This document shows, in pieces, positions 60,230 to 64,000 of a DNA stretch of 64,000 nt. The position numbers and the translations under genes are program-made. Under the pieces are notes generated by a model that made no database searches, had not been told where the DNA came from, and was given only the letters and a program-made list of their open reading frames with translations. The stretch spans positions 13,857,037 to 13,921,036 of the forward strand of contig OZ316891.1 in assembly GCA_973895155.1 (NCBI GenBank). The letters run 5' to 3'. The DNA is from Marsupella aquatica (Eukaryota; Plantae; Marchantiophyta). The stretch's first letter is position 1. Each line of letters starts with the position of its first letter.

Positions 60230-63136
60230 CTATTCCAGAAATGCCAGAAGCAAGCGCCTGTTTGTTGTGCTAACCGGAGGTGCAAACCCAGGAAGATTGG
60301 AAATGCTCTTATTCTTAGGATTGACAACCTGCATTCCAGTAAACAGCATCTTTATCAATGTCATGTGGCAAAAAACCCTAAACCCTAAACCCTAAAGCTC
60401 AAGCTCTTCGTCACTAAAGTATACTTGACATGAAAATAAGGTTGTGTCACTAGAACAATTAGTACCCAAGAATCGCATTGAAGGCCTCAAAGACGTTTTT
60501 AAAACAGAAACTAAGGATGGACTCCCAGATTTGATAACCAAGATTATCTTATTGCACCCTGGCCAAACAAAAACAACATCCATTTCAAAGACCAAGGGAA
60601 CACTTATAGCAACTCTGCGCAAATCTGGATACCGAAGGTGGAAAACTCCACTGACCAGAGGTGCAGAAGTACTCAACAAAATCATATTGAATAGAAATAT
60701 GATCTTTAAACAGTGCAAACAATTAATTGCCACCATTCCAACTAAAAGCCTGACAAGCATTTCACAGAATACGCACCTTTACAATAATGATGGCTATCAC
60801 GCCGCAAACAATGAGGAGGAGGAAAACCATGATACATTTATCAGTAGCTAGCTGCATGACGATCACCAGTAAGCAGTCAAAGAGCCAATACAAACAGGAT
60901 AACTACGTAAGGATTGGTTCGCCTGACCAATAAGCATAAGAGATGTTGCCCATTGGCATCCCCTTATTTACCTGGCGAGTGACTGCGAGGTCAAGTAGAA
61001 TCTACTACTTAGAAAAGCAAAGAGCAACTGGGAATGTACAAACCATCCAAATTTCCACTCAAAAACATCAGTCTCCATTGGAGGCATTCCAAGCCGGTCG
61101 CTTTCTCACCTGCCTACTAATTTCTCTAACAAGTTGAGAAGCTTTTTTGATAGAAAACTGAATTGTGTCCAACTCGTTCACGATCCTCCCCATCTGTTCC
61201 GTCTGTGACACCATACCAGTGGACAAATCTGTCATATTCTTTTAAAAAGTTTGAATCTACGCTCTGGTATTCCAATCCATTGATTGACAAAAAATAGGAG
61301 GAAGTAGAGGGCTTCCGGGTGATAGAGAATAAAAAAGTGAAAAACGCAACGAACGGGGCTGCCCAGTCTGCTATCAATAATGAGGGAGCTGTATCTCTAC
61401 TTACTACATTTACTTCTAACCGAACTGCTATAATATGTAAGACATCCGACTACTTCACAACAAAAACTGTTGATGCGTTCAACTCTTGATGACATGGACA
61501 AGCGAAGCCTTAAAAATGATACGCCGTGGCTGCCGAGCTGACCAGACCATCGAAGGTTGCCTAAGCACTTCTGTACCAAAGTTAGAAAACGCTGTGAAGA
61601 TCACAACACAGATTTGTAGTATTCCGGATTGCTGTTCACCAACAGTAAATTTAACCCTAGATATTGGTTGAATACTCCATAAACGCAGATTCATAAACAT
61701 GCGGAAATATAAGAAGGAAAACGAATATGATTCTACCTGAGACTTCAGTGTCAAGGCTGTCTGTTCACCAATGTTGACAGTATCTTGAACGACCTGTCAA
61801 AGCCCATGGAGAGAAATTGTGAGCAAGCATTCCATCGGTAACGGAAATAAATTGTAAGTCCCAGAAACCCTTCAATGCCCAACCAGTATCAAGAAACCAC
61901 TTTGGTTTTGCAACCATGCATCCTAAGGAGCCCACTTTCTGCCCAACTGTTCTAAACAGTACGACATACTGATTATTAGAGATACTGCATTGAAGTCAGA
62001 TTCATGGATCTCCTGAACTGCTTTTAAAGTAGATTTCCTAAGGTTTAACGAAGAGCGTATGGAAGGAGTTGAAGGCAAAGCAAACCTTCTTCGATCGCTC
62101 CAATGTTTGGTCGGTCTCATCCATCTGCTTTCTCCCGGTATCAATTAGCTGTTGGTTTGACATTGCTGCAATAGAACTTAGCCACGCAAATGAACATCCT
62201 TGCTACTAATGTGCAACAGCAGTCGGCCAACACTTGAGCCAAGAAGAGATCTCACGACAGATACTGGAAACTAAAAAGGAATAGAAAAAATTCTCAAAGA
62301 AACATGCATTTCCTTCAGTTACTTTGCCAGCATGGTTGTTCAAAGGTGGACAATTACAGAGTTCAGGAGGAGGTCACAACAATCAACCTGAGAACACAAT
62401 TTAAGACAAGCAAGCACCAGTAACTGTAGCCAGAGTTATGGCGAATGATCAAGTGACACCAGTTGCAACAAGTAACAATGATAATGTGATATTGTGAGCA
62501 TTAAAAACATGGCAAGAAAAGTTGAAAGTTTACTAGATGCTAACTTGACACCGTCATCAGCCGTTGCATCCGCTCGGCCTCCTCCCCCTTCAAGGAGCTC
62601 ATTCCTGCCTCCCCCGAGGGCACTTGTATAGCTGCACGATGCCAGACAATCCATGCAATTCCACTTCAATCTAGACTATTCCAAAGACATTCAATCTGCA
62701 AATATAGCACTAGTAACGAGCTGATGTTGCCAAAATAGATGAGGACAGGAGGAACATACGTCTTTCGCAGGGCTACATAGGAGTTGAGTTCCTTGATCTG
62801 CAAAACATGGTTCAAGATAAGTCCCAGGCCAGCACCTCCCTCCAACAAGTTTTAAAAGAAAAAACCCTGTCAGAGACTACAGGTCCTATCAAATGAATGC
62901 ATTTAGACTTGCCCTGGTGGTTTGGCACTGAAGTGAGCCTAGCTGACTGCCAGTCCCGAGCAGGTGAAAAGTCACGCTACGTTAAAAAATTAAAAATGCA
63001 GAATGCTTTCAAAAGTTGGCCACGACTGGGAGAAATACTCACCAGAGCCTGTTTCTTCTCATTTAACTGTTTGTTTTGTTCGCTTGTATTCTTGGACTCT
63101 TCTTCTTTTACCTCTCTATCGAAGTCTTTGATAAGC
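60230..63136 (-). CDS. NPSN: Novel plant SNARE (NPSN11/12/13 family Qb-SNARE), 5'-partial; the first exons lie beyond the window
   Basis: Exons 63136-63043 (RLIKDFDREVKEEESKN...LNEKKQAL), 62797-62760 (IKELNSYVALRKT), 62631-62534, 62165-62086 (MSNQQLIDTGRKQMDETDQTLERSKK), 61793-61737 (VVQDTVNIGEQTALTLKSQ), 61202-61110 (TEQMGRIVNELDTIQFSIKKASQLVREISRQ), 60851-60777 (LATDKCIMVFLLLIVCGVIAIIIVK, transmembrane) and 60328-60230 (VVNPKNKSISNLPGFAPP...RRLL, stop). All GT-AG and phase-consistent. Confidence 0.95.
60373..60396. repeat. Short telomere-type (AAACCCT)3 tract in the last NPSN intron
   Basis: AAACCCTAAACCCTAAACCCTAAA read directly from the sequence. Confidence 0.8.
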
Positions 63137-64000
63137 CTGGTTAGAAAATAGAGAGGTCAGCTTTCCATCAATCAGCGACGAATCCAATGAAAGTCACGAG
63201 GTACAGCCAATACACTGTCGACCACAAGGGACCTTACACAAGCTGGAGGTACATCCGTAATTGCCTGAGGTTTGGGCTGTAGAACTGCCTAAACCCTCCT
63301 ACAAAAGTATATGCTGATAAAAAAAAACCCAAAAAGGAAATTCCATCATGTGGCCTCATTCGCTCCTTCCCGGAACGCAACAGCGGGGAATCGTGAAATT
63401 TCTAAATATAGAAAACAAATAAATTAAATCACCTTCCTTCCTACCAGTAAACATCATTAGGCCTTCTGTCATATATAGTGACCGAGAGCTCTTGTACATG
63501 AGAACAACAGAATCTGCGCATCTTCGCCAATTCTGTGGTTGGGTACACGAAAGGGAAATCAAATGCCCGACGTCTCAGTTTTTAATGATATTGCAATCTT
63601 AGAAATGCTTGATTGCAAAGCTGGTTGACATTTGAAAGAAGGGACAAAAAGGAGAGAGCTGAGGGCCACCGCGGGTTATTTTAGCTTTAAGTAGGGCTCC
63701 AATTGTATCCATCCCGGAAAGGATGGCTACAGATACATACATTCAGTCGCTTTGAAGGTAGTCGGAAGCATCAGAAACTACATCCTCGAAAAACCGAAGC
63801 AAATCGGACGCTCGGGCATTTGCAAAATAGTGTGAGACATCGACTTAATAACAACTGGACGACAAAAGCAGCAAGATCCGCCTCTTGGCCAATCGTGGAA
63901 GGACGAGAATGACACTCAATGCTGCCATTGCACAGAGAATCTCAGTCAAAATAACCGTGAAGGAGTGTCTCTTTCCGGAGTCACTGATTTCGAATTTCAG

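Overview
Eukaryotic plant nuclear DNA, probably from a bryophyte such as a liverwort; the taxon is inferred from gene and intron style only. Four protein-coding genes were reconstructed by hand from GT-AG junctions. (1) A 20-exon minus-strand SPIRRIG/BchA1-type BEACH gene (12003-32920, about 3,700 aa; ARM, ConA-like, PH, BEACH, WD40). Its apparent stop codon lies inside a splice donor, and an in-phase downstream exon adds a degenerate FYVE zinc finger, an ALFY/WDFY3-like architecture. (2) A plus-strand multi-exon gene resembling the meiotic double-strand-break factor PRD3/PAIR1 (from 41145), seen only as fragments in the ORF track and preceded by a six-copy ~130-bp tandem array. (3) An intronless chloroplast DnaJ11-like J-domain gene (46362-46958). 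(4) The 3' eight exons of an NPSN (novel plant SNARE) gene (60230-63136), which continues past the window edge. Intergenic DNA holds a 5'-truncated non-LTR retrotransposon with a restriction-like endonuclease, a decayed pogo-like DNA transposon, a long-TIR MITE, a dispersed ~300-bp repeat family and many short tandem duplications. I found no rRNA, tRNA or CRISPR array. All homology calls come from recognising motifs by eye, not from database searches.
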